DNA from: Lingula anatina
Lineage: Eukaryota > Animalia > Brachiopoda
Assembly: GCA_051362555.1 (NCBI GenBank)
Contig: CM120644.1
Location: forward strand, 21,412,534 to 21,476,533
Length of the DNA stretch: 64,000 nucleotides
Direction of reading: 5' to 3'
Shown here piece by piece: positions 63,806-64,000 of this stretch (within the stretch, counting starts at the first letter, position 1; each line of letters starts with the position of its first letter). A program made the translations under genes and the position numbers. The notes below the pieces were generated by a model that did not search any database, was not told the DNA's origin, and worked only from the letters and a program-made list of their open reading frames with translations.

Positions 63806-64000
63806 AGGGAGTTATGGCAAGAAGTGCCTCTTTTGCAAAAAATTTGCTGGGTTAGTGTGACCTTTTCCTTGTTAGTTATGGCAATGGCAAAAGAATTTAG
63901 GTGGATTTAACAACTGCTACCTTAGATGAATTAATGAGAGGACCTGGCATGGGTTAGAAGCGTGCTGAAGCCCTTCTAGATTTCAGAGAGCAGGGTATCT

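Overview
AT-rich eukaryotic nuclear DNA, most likely from an invertebrate animal (spliceosomal GT-AG introns, metazoan transposon families, no prokaryotic gene structure). The left part (~1-24.8 kb) keeps its CpGs. It contains many MITEs, Helentron-like and foldback elements, and the only intact gene I can support: a two-coding-exon, 122-aa secreted prepropeptide with 14 cysteines (14474-15256, +). The right part (~25-64 kb) is CpG-depleted. It is a mosaic of short, broken coding fragments from many transposon superfamilies (Tc1, pogo, ISL2EU/Harbinger, YqaJ, Gypsy, hAT, P, Kolobok, plus a BEN domain), and every fragment I could recognise lies on the + strand, which suggests a uni-strand piRNA-cluster-like locus. 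This part also holds a ~5 kb segmental duplication whose copies expose empty insertion sites, a solo LTR, unrecognised Gypsy accessory ORFs and a ~4 kb tract with strand-specific loss of C. All family calls come from motif recognition by eye, and the boundaries of degenerate relics are approximate.
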